Below, in pieces: positions 1 to 9,544 of a stretch of 64,000 nt of DNA. This stretch comes from Nitrospirota bacterium (GTDB taxonomy: Bacteria; Nitrospirota; Nitrospiria; 2-01-FULL-66-17), in contig JBMOMC010000043.1 of NCBI GenBank assembly GCA_049325335.1, forward strand, positions 402,633 through 466,632. The letters run 5' to 3'. Positions within the stretch are counted from its first letter, which is position 1; every line of letters starts with the position of its first letter. Under the pieces are notes generated by a model that saw only the letters and a program-made list of their open reading frames with translations, was not told the origin of the DNA and made no database searches. The position numbers were made by a program, and so were the translations under genes.

Positions 1-203
1 CTGTATGAGCGTGCGGGGTCCAGGTGTTTGGGCCGCTCGTCGAACGAGGAGTAGAGAATGTTCTGGTTGTCCTGCGACGCGGGGTACGGCGTATTCCAGG
101 GGCGATTGGAGCAGGCGAGCAGGCCGACCTGGAGACCCAGTACGGCCGTGATCAGCGTGGTCAGGCGGGTTGGACGCGAACGAGCCCCCGGCATGAGGGG
201 CAT
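1..203 (-). CDS. ABC transporter substrate-binding lipoprotein, family 5 (5' part only; runs off the window)
   Basis: Not in the ORF track. Manual translation gives MPLMPGARSRPTRLTTLITAVLGLQVGLLAC-SNRPWNTPYPASQDNQNILYSSFDERPKHLDPARSY: a lipobox LLAC plus the KHLDPA motif of peptide-binding SBPs. Confidence 0.8.
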   Translation of the reverse strand, partial: MPLMPGARSRPTRLTTLITAVLGLQVGLLACSNRPWNTPYPASQDNQNILYSSFDERPKHLDPARSY

Positions 204-244
204 CGTAGTGAAGCGTTCAGGCGAAAGTCAAACTTCAGGGACGA

Positions 245-454
245 TCAGCCGAACACCATCCACGCCGTGGTCAGTCCCGCGGCGAAGCCCATGACCAGGA
301 TCGTGATCACGGCGATCACGCCCATGGATCCCGCGGTCTCCAGCGCTTCGACCACGGCCTGTTGGCAGCAGCGCGCCGTTGGTTTCGGGACGGCGTGCGT
401 TGCGGTGTGGATGATCGTGGAGTCAAATACCATCGGGGATGCCGCATGGCCCAT
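245..454 (-). CDS. small single-pass membrane protein, unknown function
   Basis: AAGGAG lies 6 nt before the ATG; C-terminal hydrophobic helix VIAVITILVMGFAAGLTTAWMVFG. Confidence 0.6.
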   Translation of the reverse strand: MGHAASPMVFDSTIIHTATHAVPKPTARCCQQAVVEALETAGSMGVIAVITILVMGFAAGLTTAWMVFG

Positions 455-526
455 GAGGAGCTCCTTGGTGATCCCGCGGGCAAGAGGCCCGTCGGGTGGT
501 GGCTACTGTCCGCGGGTTGATCATAA

Positions 527-542
527 TTCAAGGCCCATGCCA
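527..542 (-). promoter_or_regulatory. possible sigma54 -24/-12 promoter
   Basis: Minus strand reads TGGCATG-GGCC-TTGAA; spacing is correct but the -12 GC is replaced by GA. Confidence 0.4.
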
Positions 543-635
543 CGGAAATCCATGGTTGTGGTGGCTCCGACCGTGTCCGGCGACGGAAATGTGGCGGAAG
601 TTGGGGCTTTGTGACGGATATTCGGCGTCGCCGGA

Positions 636-1760
636 TTACGCCGCGGTCCGGGCTCGGATCAGCGCGATAAAATGCCGCGCCAAACGTTCCTCGAAATGCG
701 TGCCGATCCGGGTTTCCAGCATGGCGATGATGTCTTCGGACGGGCGCGAGTCCTGGTACGGGCGGTTGGTGCGCAGCGCGTCGTAGAAGTCAGACAAGGA
801 GGTCAACATGCTGCACAGGTGTTGGGTACGCGGGCGCGGCAGCGCCGGGTACCCCGACACGTTGTACAACATGTGGTGTTCGTACGCGACGATGGAAGCC
901 AACTTCGGGATGTTGGGGTTGCGCAGCAGCAGGATCGAGCCGGAGATTGGGTGTTTCTTCATCTCTTCGTATTCGTGCGGCTCCAGCTTGCCGGCTTTCT
1001 TGAGGATGTGCGCCGGCACCAAGGTCTTGCCGATGTCGTGCAGCATGGCGGCCACGCCGAAATCGTGGATCAACCGCTTGGGTACGCCGAGCGATTCGGC
1101 TTGCGCCATGGTCAGGATCGCGATGTTGATGGCATGGGTGTACGTGTATTCGTCGTAACTCTTGAGGCTAGCCAGCGAAATCAGCGACGATTGATTGGCG
1201 AACAGTTGATCTTCCAGCACCCGCATGATGTGTTCGACCTGATCCATCACCAGGCCCTGGATCTCGTCCCAGCCCTCGAAGATCTCTTGGAGCGCGTTCA
1301 CCTGCGGCGACAAGTCCACGTGCGCGGGTTGCGCGGACTGCGTCGGGGTTTGGCTGCTGATTTTGCCGGTTTGGACGTGGGGCAGGGCCGGGATCGCGCC
1401 GGCCGCCAGCCCTTCGACTAATGCCAGCAACTCGTGGCCTTCCAGTCCCTTGGTCAACACGAGGAGTTCGATCTGTTGAAGTTTGAGCTTCGCGCGCAGA
1501 TCGTGCGCCACCATTTCCAATTCTAGACTGCGGACGTCGTCCACGAAAAGGCGATCGTCGAGCGCCACGATCCGGATCTCGTCGCGTTCCTCGAACAACC
1601 CGCCCAGGCTGCAGACCAATTCGTTCGACGCTTCCCGGAGCTGCGGGTGGGAGGGCGGATACAACGACCGGCCGCGCAGCACGCGGCTCAATTGTTTGAG
1701 CAGGCGATACCGCGGGTCCGCGGCGATGGCGGACATCGACCACTCAGGCAGTGCGCCCAT
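636..1760 (-). CDS. HD-GYP domain c-di-GMP phosphodiesterase with N-terminal LYPPxH module
   Basis: Motifs YDEYTYTH, LHDIGK, EHHMLYNVSGYP and DFYDALRTNRPY. Confidence 0.9.
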   Translation of the reverse strand: MGALPEWSMSAIAADPRYRLLKQLSRVLRGRSLYPPSHPQLREASNELVCSLGGLFEERDEIRIVALDDRLFVDDVRSLELEMVAHDLRAKLKLQQIELLVLTKGLEGHELLALVEGLAAGAIPALPHVQTGKISSQTPTQSAQPAHVDLSPQVNALQEIFEGWDEIQGLVMDQVEHIMRVLEDQLFANQSSLISLASLKSYDEYTYTHAINIAILTMAQAESLGVPKRLIHDFGVAAMLHDIGKTLVPAHILKKAGKLEPHEYEEMKKHPISGSILLLRNPNIPKLASIVAYEHHMLYNVSGYPALPRPRTQHLCSMLTSLSDFYDALRTNRPYQDSRPSEDIIAMLETRIGTHFEERLARHFIALIRARTAA

Positions 1761-3849
1761 AGGTCTCCGACACCATCAGTCGATGTCTGCGCAGCGCCTC
1801 GCGAGCGGCCTTGCGGATCGCGGCTTGCTTGGGCAGGTCGAACAGGAGAAATCGGCGGCGTTTGGCCAATCGACTCAACAACGCGACGCAGGAAGGGTCT
1901 TTGCCTCGCGCCAACGCGTCGATAATCTTGAGCTTCCGCGGGTCCGACAGCCGCCTGTCGTCGGATTCAAACAGGTCCCGCAGCCGGTCCACGACTTTGG
2001 GGGTGGGGCGCTGACACAAGATGCCGATGGCGCAAGTCGCGACCCGTTCATCCGCGTCGAACGTCGCGGAGGCGAAGAGGTCGAGCGCGTGGTCCATGTG
2101 CGAGATCTGCCCGAGCGCCCGCAGCGTTTCGATGCGTACCTGTTCGCTGGTATGGTCGGCGAACGGGATGATCTTGGGCGCGGCTTCCGCGACCTTGGCT
2201 TCTCCCAGCAGCAAAATCATGTTGCGCACTACGAACCACCGTTCGTCGTTGAGCGCGGCCATCACCGCGGGCGCGATCGGGCGGCCGATGCGCGCGAGGA
2301 TATCGAGCAGGCGTTTACGCAACACCATGTCTGGCGCGTTGTTGAGGATATCGAGCAGCGGCCGCACCACGGGTTGACCGATCGTGACCAAGTGATCGGC
2401 CACGGCGGCCCCGCGAGTCTTGTCCAATTTGGGTAAGGCCTGCACCACCGGCGTAATCACGCGGGTCATGGTGGTCTGGAGGGTGTCGCGAGCCGAGGGA
2501 TCGTCCGATGGAATGGTGGTGAGCGCGTCGAAGATCTGAAAGGCCATGTCCGCATGGTCATGGACCAGGGGATCCTCGATGGCGCCCGCCAACCGCTCGA
2601 TGAGTTCCGACTGATTCGGGGAGGCCGTGGGATGTTGCAGCAGTTCGGCCATGACCGTGACCAAGTGGGAATGAATCTGCGCGTCGCCGACCGGATCCAC
2701 CAAGTCCGAGACCGGATCGTGGGGAATCGGCCCGCCGGCCGCAACGCCGGAGAGTCCCTTGATGGTTTTTTCGTAGTTTTCGGGGTAATAATTTTTTTCG
2801 GCCTTTTTGTGGAACAGTTCCGCATACAAGGCGTGGCGGTCGGCCAAGTCGAGACTGTCCAGGTGTTCCATAATGGAGGGTGCCAACTCGGGCCGCTCCC
2901 GGCTGACGCTCACGAATTTGCGGAGCAGTTCCAGGGTGGGGACGGAAATCGCGCCGTGATGCGCCTGGATCTGACAGAGCACCTCCAGCAACACGGGCTC
3001 GGATAACTGATCGAGCACGGCGACCAAGGCGCCGGGCCCCCGGCTCTCCGGGGTGAACGCCAGACGGAACAGCCGTTCCCGGACCGCCGGGTCGAGTCGT
3101 TCGATCAACGCGGCCAATCGTCGGCGTTCGGCTTCGGGCAACACGGCCGCGCGCGTCGCGCCGGTGACCGGGTCGCGCAGGGGCGCCGCGAGGCGCTGGA
3201 GGTGTTCGAGCACCAGCCGCTCGTAGCGTCCGCCCGCGTCGCCGCTCCCCGCGGCGCGGTTGATCATCTCCGCGACCCGCTCCGGCCGGTCGCGGTCCGT
3301 TTCGCCGAGTCCCTCGGTCCGGCTCTGCCCCCCCTCCATGCCGGCTTCCAGCAACGCGTCCAAGAGTTGATCCCACGTGCCGCCGCGCGGGGTGTCCGCG
3401 GTGTCCGCCACCGCGCCGCGAAAACTGACCAATGACACCGTGATGGCGGGAACGGTTTGATGCAACGCCGCGAGCCGGGCCTGCCGCGCGTTCTCGTCCG
3501 CGCTTTTGCCCTGGAGCCACGCAAAGAACCGGGCGAGCCCGTCCCCATCCAGTCCCCGGCGAACCGTGAGACGCGCCACGTGCGCGGTCGACAACGTCCG
3601 CGTCAACTCCGCCAACACGGGGTTCTCCGGATCACACGGCTCGCCGCCGATGAGCAGGTGTTTGGCGCCCACCGTGATGGTCAGTTCCGGGCGATCCGCC
3701 CACAAGCCGTTGAACCGCCTGATTACATTGTCGATCGCTTTGGGGATCAACGCATGCGTCGGGGGATAGAGCAGCAATTTGCGGCCCGTCTGATGAAGCT
3801 CGACGAGCGCAGCCACGAGTTCGCGGTCTGTCGGTGCGTCACCCGGCAT
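1744..3849 (-). CDS. HEAT-repeat protein with N-terminal LYPPxH module
   Basis: C-terminal PBS-lyase-type HEAT repeats (LNDERWFVVRNMILLLGE, QVRIETLRALGQI); overlaps the HD-GYP start. Confidence 0.85.
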   Translation of the reverse strand: MPGDAPTDRELVAALVELHQTGRKLLLYPPTHALIPKAIDNVIRRFNGLWADRPELTITVGAKHLLIGGEPCDPENPVLAELTRTLSTAHVARLTVRRGLDGDGLARFFAWLQGKSADENARQARLAALHQTVPAITVSLVSFRGAVADTADTPRGGTWDQLLDALLEAGMEGGQSRTEGLGETDRDRPERVAEMINRAAGSGDAGGRYERLVLEHLQRLAAPLRDPVTGATRAAVLPEAERRRLAALIERLDPAVRERLFRLAFTPESRGPGALVAVLDQLSEPVLLEVLCQIQAHHGAISVPTLELLRKFVSVSRERPELAPSIMEHLDSLDLADRHALYAELFHKKAEKNYYPENYEKTIKGLSGVAAGGPIPHDPVSDLVDPVGDAQIHSHLVTVMAELLQHPTASPNQSELIERLAGAIEDPLVHDHADMAFQIFDALTTIPSDDPSARDTLQTTMTRVITPVVQALPKLDKTRGAAVADHLVTIGQPVVRPLLDILNNAPDMVLRKRLLDILARIGRPIAPAVMAALNDERWFVVRNMILLLGEAKVAEAAPKIIPFADHTSEQVRIETLRALGQISHMDHALDLFASATFDADERVATCAIGILCQRPTPKVVDRLRDLFESDDRRLSDPRKLKIIDALARGKDPSCVALLSRLAKRRRFLLFDLPKQAAIRKAAREALRRHRLMVSETYGRTA

Positions 3850-3979
3850 GCGAAAAAACCATCCCTAACAAGACCAGATTTCTACGTATGGTTAGGATAG
3901 GAGCAAGCGCGGGGTCTGTCAAAATCCCGCGTCTTGCCCACGCATGCACTCGTGCGGTCCTGAGCCGTATAATGCCGGC

Positions 3980-6154
3980 GTGCGCGTCCTTCTGCTCACG
4001 CCGCCGCTCACGCAGCTCAATACGCCCTATCCCGCCACCGCGTATTTGGCGGGGTTTCTGCGCTCGCGGGGGATCGACGCGGTCCAGGCTGATCTCAGTT
4101 TGGAAACGGCGTTGGCCGTGTTCTCGCGGGCCGGCGTCTGCGAATTGTTCGAGGCCGTGCGCGCGCAACGCGCGACATGGCCCGTTGTCGCGGACCACGC
4201 GCTCCCGTTGGCCGACGCATACATCGAGACCATTGATCCGATCGTCGCGTTCCTGCAGGGCCGCGATCCCACGCTCGCCGTACGGATTGCCGCCGGGTCG
4301 TTTCTCCCCGAAGGCCCTCGGCTTGCTGGCTGCGAGGACGACCGATGGGCCTTCGGCGCAATGGGCACGTCGGACCGCGCCACCCATCTGGCGGGTCTGT
4401 ACCTGGACGACCTGAGCGACCTGATCACGGCGACCGTGGATCCGCTCTGGGGATTGAGCCGGTACGGCGAACGGTTGGCCGCGTCCGCCGCGTCGTTCGA
4501 TCCGATCGAGCGGGCGCTGCGCCGGCCGTCCGGGTTCACGACCTCACGGCTCGACGCGTGTGCGCGCATCGTGGCGCGCGGGCCGCGGCCCGATCTGGTG
4601 GGGATCACCGTGCCGTTTCCCGGCAACCTGTACGGCGCGTTGCGCGCCGCGTCGGTCTTGCGAGAGGCGTGGCCGGGCGTGCCGATTGCACTGGGCGGCG
4701 GGTACGTCAACACGGAACTACGCGAGTTGGACGAACCGCGTCTGTTCGACTACGTGGATTACGTGACCATGGACGCGGGCGAACGGCCGTTGCTCTGTTT
4801 GTTGGATCTGGTTGCGGGCGCGCGCACGATGGACCGCTTGTGCCGCACGTTTGCGCGCGTGAACGGACGCGTCTCGTATCTGAACGGTTCGGGTGAGCCC
4901 GACGTGGCGTTCGACGACGTGGGCGCGCCCACGTACGTCGGGCTGGATCGTTCGCGGTATTTGTCGATCGTGGAAGTGCCCAATCCCATGCACCGGCTCT
5001 GGTCGGACGGCCGGTGGAACAAGGTGACCGTGGCGCACGGCTGTTATTGGAAGCGGTGCACGTTTTGCGACGTGGACCTCGACTACATTGCGCGGTACGA
5101 TCCCGCGTCCGCCGACGTGTTGGTGCGCCGCATCGAGACGCTGATCGCGGAGACCGGGGAGACCGGGTTCCATTTCGTGGACGAGGCCGCGCCGCCCGCG
5201 CGACTGGTGGCGCTCGCCTTGGCGTTGTTGGAGCGGGGTCGCGTCATCTCCTGGTGGGGCAACATCCGGTTCGAGGCCGCGTTCACCCCCGACGTGTGCC
5301 GGTTGCTCGCGGCTTCCGGGTGCATCGCGATCAGCGGCGGACTGGAAACCGCGTCGGATCGCTTGTTGGCGTTGATGGACAAGGGCGTGACCGTAGATCA
5401 GGCGGCAACCGCCGCGCGGGCGTTCCGGCAGGCGGGCGTGATGGTTCACGCGTATCTGATGTACGGGTTCCCGACCGAGACGCCCCAAGAAACACTCGAC
5501 GCGTTGGAGCGGGTGCGCCGGTTGTTCGACGCGGACCTGATCCAGTCCGCGTACTGGCACCGTTTCACCGCCACGCGTCACAGTCCGGTGGGGCGCCGCC
5601 CGTCGGAATTCGGGATTTCGATCGCGCCGTTACCGGACCGCGCGTTCGCGCGCAATGACCTGGTTCATCACGACCCGCGGTCCGGGGACCTCGAGGCCTT
5701 GGGCGAGGGACTGGCCCGGGCCGTGGCGAATTTTATGCGCGGACTAGGGTTGGACCGGGACGTGCGAACGTGGTTTGATGGGCGGGTGCCGCGTCCCCGG
5801 GTGCCGGCCGCGTGGGCACCGGGCGGGCAGCCACGCCGCCGAGAACCCGGTATACTTAATCCCGCGTCGCGGGTGGTGTGGTTGGGTGAGCGGGCCGCGG
5901 TGGAGCGAGTGGGCGGGCGGACACGGCTGGCGTTGTCGGGACGCGCCCTGTTGGAACGCCTCCCGTTGCGCGGGCCGACGGCGGAATGGGCGGCCGGGTG
6001 GCTCGCGGCGGCGGCGCCTCGGAGGCGGGGCGGCGCGGCCTATCCGACGCTCGGCGAACTGAGCGCCTCGTATCCCGGGCCCGAGTCGTTCGCGAAGTGG
6101 ACGCAGGGACGCACGTGGCGGGCGATGCGGCGCGCGGGGCTCGTGGTGGTGTGA
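3980..6154 (+). CDS. cobalamin-binding radical SAM protein
   Basis: CYWKRCTFC radical SAM motif, B12-binding-like N-terminal domain (LGGGYVN), FHFVDE. Start set at GTG 3980, 6 nt after TATAAT. Confidence 0.88.
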   Translation: MRVLLLTPPLTQLNTPYPATAYLAGFLRSRGIDAVQADLSLETALAVFSRAGVCELFEAVRAQRATWPVVADHALPLADAYIETIDPIVAFLQGRDPTLAVRIAAGSFLPEGPRLAGCEDDRWAFGAMGTSDRATHLAGLYLDDLSDLITATVDPLWGLSRYGERLAASAASFDPIERALRRPSGFTTSRLDACARIVARGPRPDLVGITVPFPGNLYGALRAASVLREAWPGVPIALGGGYVNTELRELDEPRLFDYVDYVTMDAGERPLLCLLDLVAGARTMDRLCRTFARVNGRVSYLNGSGEPDVAFDDVGAPTYVGLDRSRYLSIVEVPNPMHRLWSDGRWNKVTVAHGCYWKRCTFCDVDLDYIARYDPASADVLVRRIETLIAETGETGFHFVDEAAPPARLVALALALLERGRVISWWGNIRFEAAFTPDVCRLLAASGCIAISGGLETASDRLLALMDKGVTVDQAATAARAFRQAGVMVHAYLMYGFPTETPQETLDALERVRRLFDADLIQSAYWHRFTATRHSPVGRRPSEFGISIAPLPDRAFARNDLVHHDPRSGDLEALGEGLARAVANFMRGLGLDRDVRTWFDGRVPRPRVPAAWAPGGQPRRREPGILNPASRVVWLGERAAVERVGGRTRLALSGRALLERLPLRGPTAEWAAGWLAAAAPRRRGGAAYPTLGELSASYPGPESFAKWTQGRTWRAMRRAGLVVV

Positions 6155-6161
6155 CGGAGAC

Positions 6162-6539
6162 ATGATGAACGCACCGGTACTGGACCACGCGGAACTCGCG
6201 GTGCTCGGTCACTGCGTGGAAGATTACTGCGGTTCGACCGAATTATTGTGGGCGCTGCAACGACTCACCCCGGGACTGACCAATCGCGCGGTCCTGGTCC
6301 GTCGCGGCCTGGCCATCCTTGAACGACTCTTGACCGAACGGTTGATCGCGGCGTTCGTGAAGACCGGCGACGCCACCGCCCCGTACGCGCAATCCTTAGA
6401 CGGGAGCGATACCGTCGTGGCCGTGGTGGAGCGCGAACACGTGATCAGTCCGGAAGCCCCGTCCGCGCAACGGTATTGGTTCGCGGCCACGCCCGACGGG
6501 GTGGCGCGGTATTTCGCGTCCCAACAACAGGCGTCGTAA
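6162..6539 (+). CDS. hypothetical protein
   Basis: GGAGA RBS; 7 nt after the radical SAM stop; plausible 125-aa globular sequence. Confidence 0.65.
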   Translation: MMNAPVLDHAELAVLGHCVEDYCGSTELLWALQRLTPGLTNRAVLVRRGLAILERLLTERLIAAFVKTGDATAPYAQSLDGSDTVVAVVEREHVISPEAPSAQRYWFAATPDGVARYFASQQQAS

Positions 6540-6568
6540 CAACGACCGCCGATCAGGGCGCGGGCGGT

Positions 6569-6592
6569 GGGCGCACGGCCGTGCGCCCCTAC
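6569..6592. repeat. GTAG-type REP-like palindrome (partial copy)
   Basis: GGGCGCACGGCCGTGCGCCCCTAC is identical to 55519-55542 and contains the maf stop codon. Confidence 0.8.
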
Positions 6593-7167
6593 AACGACAC
6601 GTCGGCCGACACGGAACCCCCCGCCTGTCGTAATGCCTCGGCGACCCGCTGCAATGGGAGGCCGATCACGGTGGACGGATCCCCGTCGATGGATTCGATG
6701 AAACGCGCGCCGATGCCCTGCGCGGCATACGCCCCGGCCTTATCCAAGGGTTCACCGGTGGCGACGTAGGCGAAGAGGTCGTCGTCGCTGATGTCCCGCA
6801 TGTGCACCACGGCCGTCTCGACAAAGCCCTGGTCGGGGCGTCCGGGCGCGATGATCGCGACCGCGGTGATGACCCGATGGGCGCGATGGCGCAGCAGGCC
6901 CAACATACGGCGCGCGTCGGCGGGGTCCGTGGGTTTGCCTAAAATGGTCCGATCAACGACGACCAGGGTATCGCTGCCCAGCACGACGGCGTCGGGCGCG
7001 GCCACGGACCGGGCCTTGCCCAACGCGAACGCCACGGCCTGATCTTCGGGCGCCGCGGCGGGGTCGATTACTTCCTCGTAGCGGGGAGACATGACCTCGA
7101 ACGCGACGCCCAGACGCGACAGGAGTTCCCGGCGTCGGGGCGACGTGGAGGCGAGGATCAACCGCAC
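6589..7167 (-). CDS. maf: Maf family nucleotide pyrophosphatase
   Basis: LILASTSPRRRELL, GSDTLV, ILGKP, EPLDKAGAY; start trimmed to GTG 7167. Confidence 0.92.
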   Translation of the reverse strand: MRLILASTSPRRRELLSRLGVAFEVMSPRYEEVIDPAAAPEDQAVAFALGKARSVAAPDAVVLGSDTLVVVDRTILGKPTDPADARRMLGLLRHRAHRVITAVAIIAPGRPDQGFVETAVVHMRDISDDDLFAYVATGEPLDKAGAYAAQGIGARFIESIDGDPSTVIGLPLQRVAEALRQAGGSVSADVSL

Positions 7168-8324
7168 GTCATGGACGCGACGCGCGCGCTCTCGCGGGTC
7201 CCCGCTTCGGCCCGAGGCGTTGCGTCGGTCAGCACCGCGTCCAATTCCGCGAGCGTCCGGACCTGCATCAACCGGGCGCGAAGCCCGGGTCGGTCTTCCG
7301 GGCCCCGCACGTACCACCCGAGGTGTTTGCGCATGACCGTGAAGGGGACGTGGTCCCGCAGCCGCTCGAACAGGGCCGCATGTTCGCGCGCCACGGCCCA
7401 CCGGTCCGCGGAGTCCACGACGGGCGGGGCGGGCGCGGGACTCGCGGGGTCGGCGCAGGCCGCGCGAAGGCGGTCGGCCACGCGGAAGATCCAGGGGTTG
7501 CCCATGGCCGCGCGGCCGATCAACACGCCGTGCACGTGCGTCTCGCGGACGCGGCGGACCACGTCGCTCGGCGAGCGTAAATCGCCATTACCCAGCGCCA
7601 GCGTGGCCGTGCGTCGCGTCCGTTCCGCGGCGCGGGCGATCGCGTCCCAATCCGCGTCGCCGCTGTAGCGCTGAGCCAAGGTCCGGCCGTGGACCGAAAT
7701 CGCGGCGGGTTCGGTTTCCAACAACGCGTCGATCCAGGAGTCGATGACCACGCGGTCGTATCCCAGTCGGGTCTTGACCGACACGGGGAGCGCCCGACGG
7801 ACGTGATCCGACGCCCCGACGCGCGCCATCATCCGACGAACGATGTCGCGTGTTTCGGCCGCGAGGCCCACTGACGCCAGGTCGCGGCCGTCGGCCCAAT
7901 CCCGCATTCCGGACTGAGCGGCGCGGATAATGGCTTGCGCGCGATCCGGGGTGCGGATCAACGCCGCGCCGCACCCGTGCCCGGCCACGGCCTTGTCGGG
8001 GCACCCCATGTTAATGTCCAACCCGTCAAACCCCAGGGCCGCGACCACGTGCGCAGCCTTATAGAACGCCTCGGGTTCCGATCCGAAGACCTGCGCCACC
8101 ACGGGCCGTTCGTCCGGGTGATAGTCCAAGTTCCTGAGCACGGCCGGGATGCCGCGGCAGATGCCCTCCACGTGGGTAAATTCGGTCATGATCAGATCCG
8201 GCCGACCATGCCGAGCCGCGATGAGTCGGAACGCCGCGTCCGTGACCCCGTCCATGGGCGAAAGGCCCAAGATCGGTTGCGGGAGCGTGGTCCAGAAGGA
8301 CGTGGTCGGGGCGGCGGTCGTCAT
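7158..8324 (-). CDS. dus: tRNA-dihydrouridine synthase (Dus family)
   Basis: LSPMDGVTD, DINMGCP, VSVKTRLG, VHGRT, GNGD, IGRAAMGNPW. Confidence 0.92.
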   Translation of the reverse strand: MTTAAPTTSFWTTLPQPILGLSPMDGVTDAAFRLIAARHGRPDLIMTEFTHVEGICRGIPAVLRNLDYHPDERPVVAQVFGSEPEAFYKAAHVVAALGFDGLDINMGCPDKAVAGHGCGAALIRTPDRAQAIIRAAQSGMRDWADGRDLASVGLAAETRDIVRRMMARVGASDHVRRALPVSVKTRLGYDRVVIDSWIDALLETEPAAISVHGRTLAQRYSGDADWDAIARAAERTRRTATLALGNGDLRSPSDVVRRVRETHVHGVLIGRAAMGNPWIFRVADRLRAACADPASPAPAPPVVDSADRWAVAREHAALFERLRDHVPFTVMRKHLGWYVRGPEDRPGLRARLMQVRTLAELDAVLTDATPRAEAGTRESARVASMTCG

Positions 8325-8488
8325 GGTGCGTGGGTTGGAGCCATTGGCGTACGGTACGCGAGCGCAGGACGCCCTGTCAATCGTGAGTGTGTGCGCCACG
8401 GCTCGGCCGAGTCGTGGCTTGAAGGCGTGGCGTGAAGGTCCTATACTGCGCGTGCTGAGGGGCAGGGTTCATCAGGAGATTCGCAACC

Positions 8489-8944
8489 ATGTTAAATGCC
8501 ATTCAGGAATTCTTTGACGCGCGTATTCGTTCCACGTCCGGCCAGCCGGAATCCCTGGAGCGCGCGTTGCAACTCGCGACCGCCGCGCTGCTGGTGGAGG
8601 TCTCTCGCGCCGACCATGAGATCAAGGACGAAGAACGCCGGGTGATCGGCGAGGCGGTGCGACGGACGTTCAATCTGTCCGAACATGACACCGACCTGCT
8701 GGTTCGGTTGGCGGAGGAAGAGGCGCAGACCGCAACGTCCACGCACCAGTTCACGCATCTGATCGACAGACATTTTCCGACCGAGCAGAAGGTGCACATC
8801 GTCGAACTGCTCTGGCGGGTGGCGTTCGCGGACGCGAATAAGGATCGGCACGAAGAGCACCTGATCCGCCGGATCGCGGATCTCCTGCACGTGCCTCACC
8901 GCGAGTTTATCGACGCAAAGGTTCGTGCCCGCGACGTCACGTGA
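8489..8944 (+). CDS. TerB family protein
   Basis: AALLVEVSRAD...LWRVAFAD...EEHLIRRIADLL; AGGAG RBS. Confidence 0.88.
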   Translation: MLNAIQEFFDARIRSTSGQPESLERALQLATAALLVEVSRADHEIKDEERRVIGEAVRRTFNLSEHDTDLLVRLAEEEAQTATSTHQFTHLIDRHFPTEQKVHIVELLWRVAFADANKDRHEEHLIRRIADLLHVPHREFIDAKVRARDVT

Positions 8945-8980
8945 CGTGACGTCGCGCCGCATGGTATCGTCTGCGGTACG

Positions 8981-9538
8981 ATGGAATCCCGCTCCAATCA
9001 TCTCCACATCAAGGCCTTGCCCGGCGATGATCTGCCGCAGATCGTTCCCAGCGAGCTGTGCCTGCGGTGTGATGTGTGTTGCCGCTTTCCAGAACGCGAG
9101 AGTTTTTTGCGTCCGTATTTTACGGCGCAGGAGCGCGAACGCGCCATCGCGGCCGGGCTCGCGTCGGACCGGCTGCCCGATCCGGCGGGCGGGCGGGTCG
9201 AGCTGGTCCCCCATCCCACTGACGACGGGTATATCTGTCCCGCGTTCGACGTGACCACGCAGCATTGCCGGATTTACGATGTGCGGCCGCTCGATTGCCG
9301 GATCTACCCGTTGGCGCTGATGCGGGACGACGAGGGGCGGCGGGCGATGGTGGGGCTGGACACCAAGTGCCCCTATGTACAAGACGCGGCGCAGGCGGAC
9401 GGGTTGGCGGCGTATGCCGGGCGCGTGGGCTCGCTGCTGCGCGCGCTTCCCCTGTCCGCGGTGCTCGCGGCCAACCCCGAATTGGTCAACCGATTCCAGG
9501 ACGACGTGCGGCCGGTCGGCGACATCAGCCGCGACTGA
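8981..9538 (+). CDS. YkgJ family cysteine-cluster (CxxCxxCC) Fe-S/Zn protein
   Basis: CLRCDVCC...CPAF...CRIYDVRPLDCRIYP. Confidence 0.88.
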   Translation: MESRSNHLHIKALPGDDLPQIVPSELCLRCDVCCRFPERESFLRPYFTAQERERAIAAGLASDRLPDPAGGRVELVPHPTDDGYICPAFDVTTQHCRIYDVRPLDCRIYPLALMRDDEGRRAMVGLDTKCPYVQDAAQADGLAAYAGRVGSLLRALPLSAVLAANPELVNRFQDDVRPVGDISRD

Positions 9539-9544
9539 CCCCCC

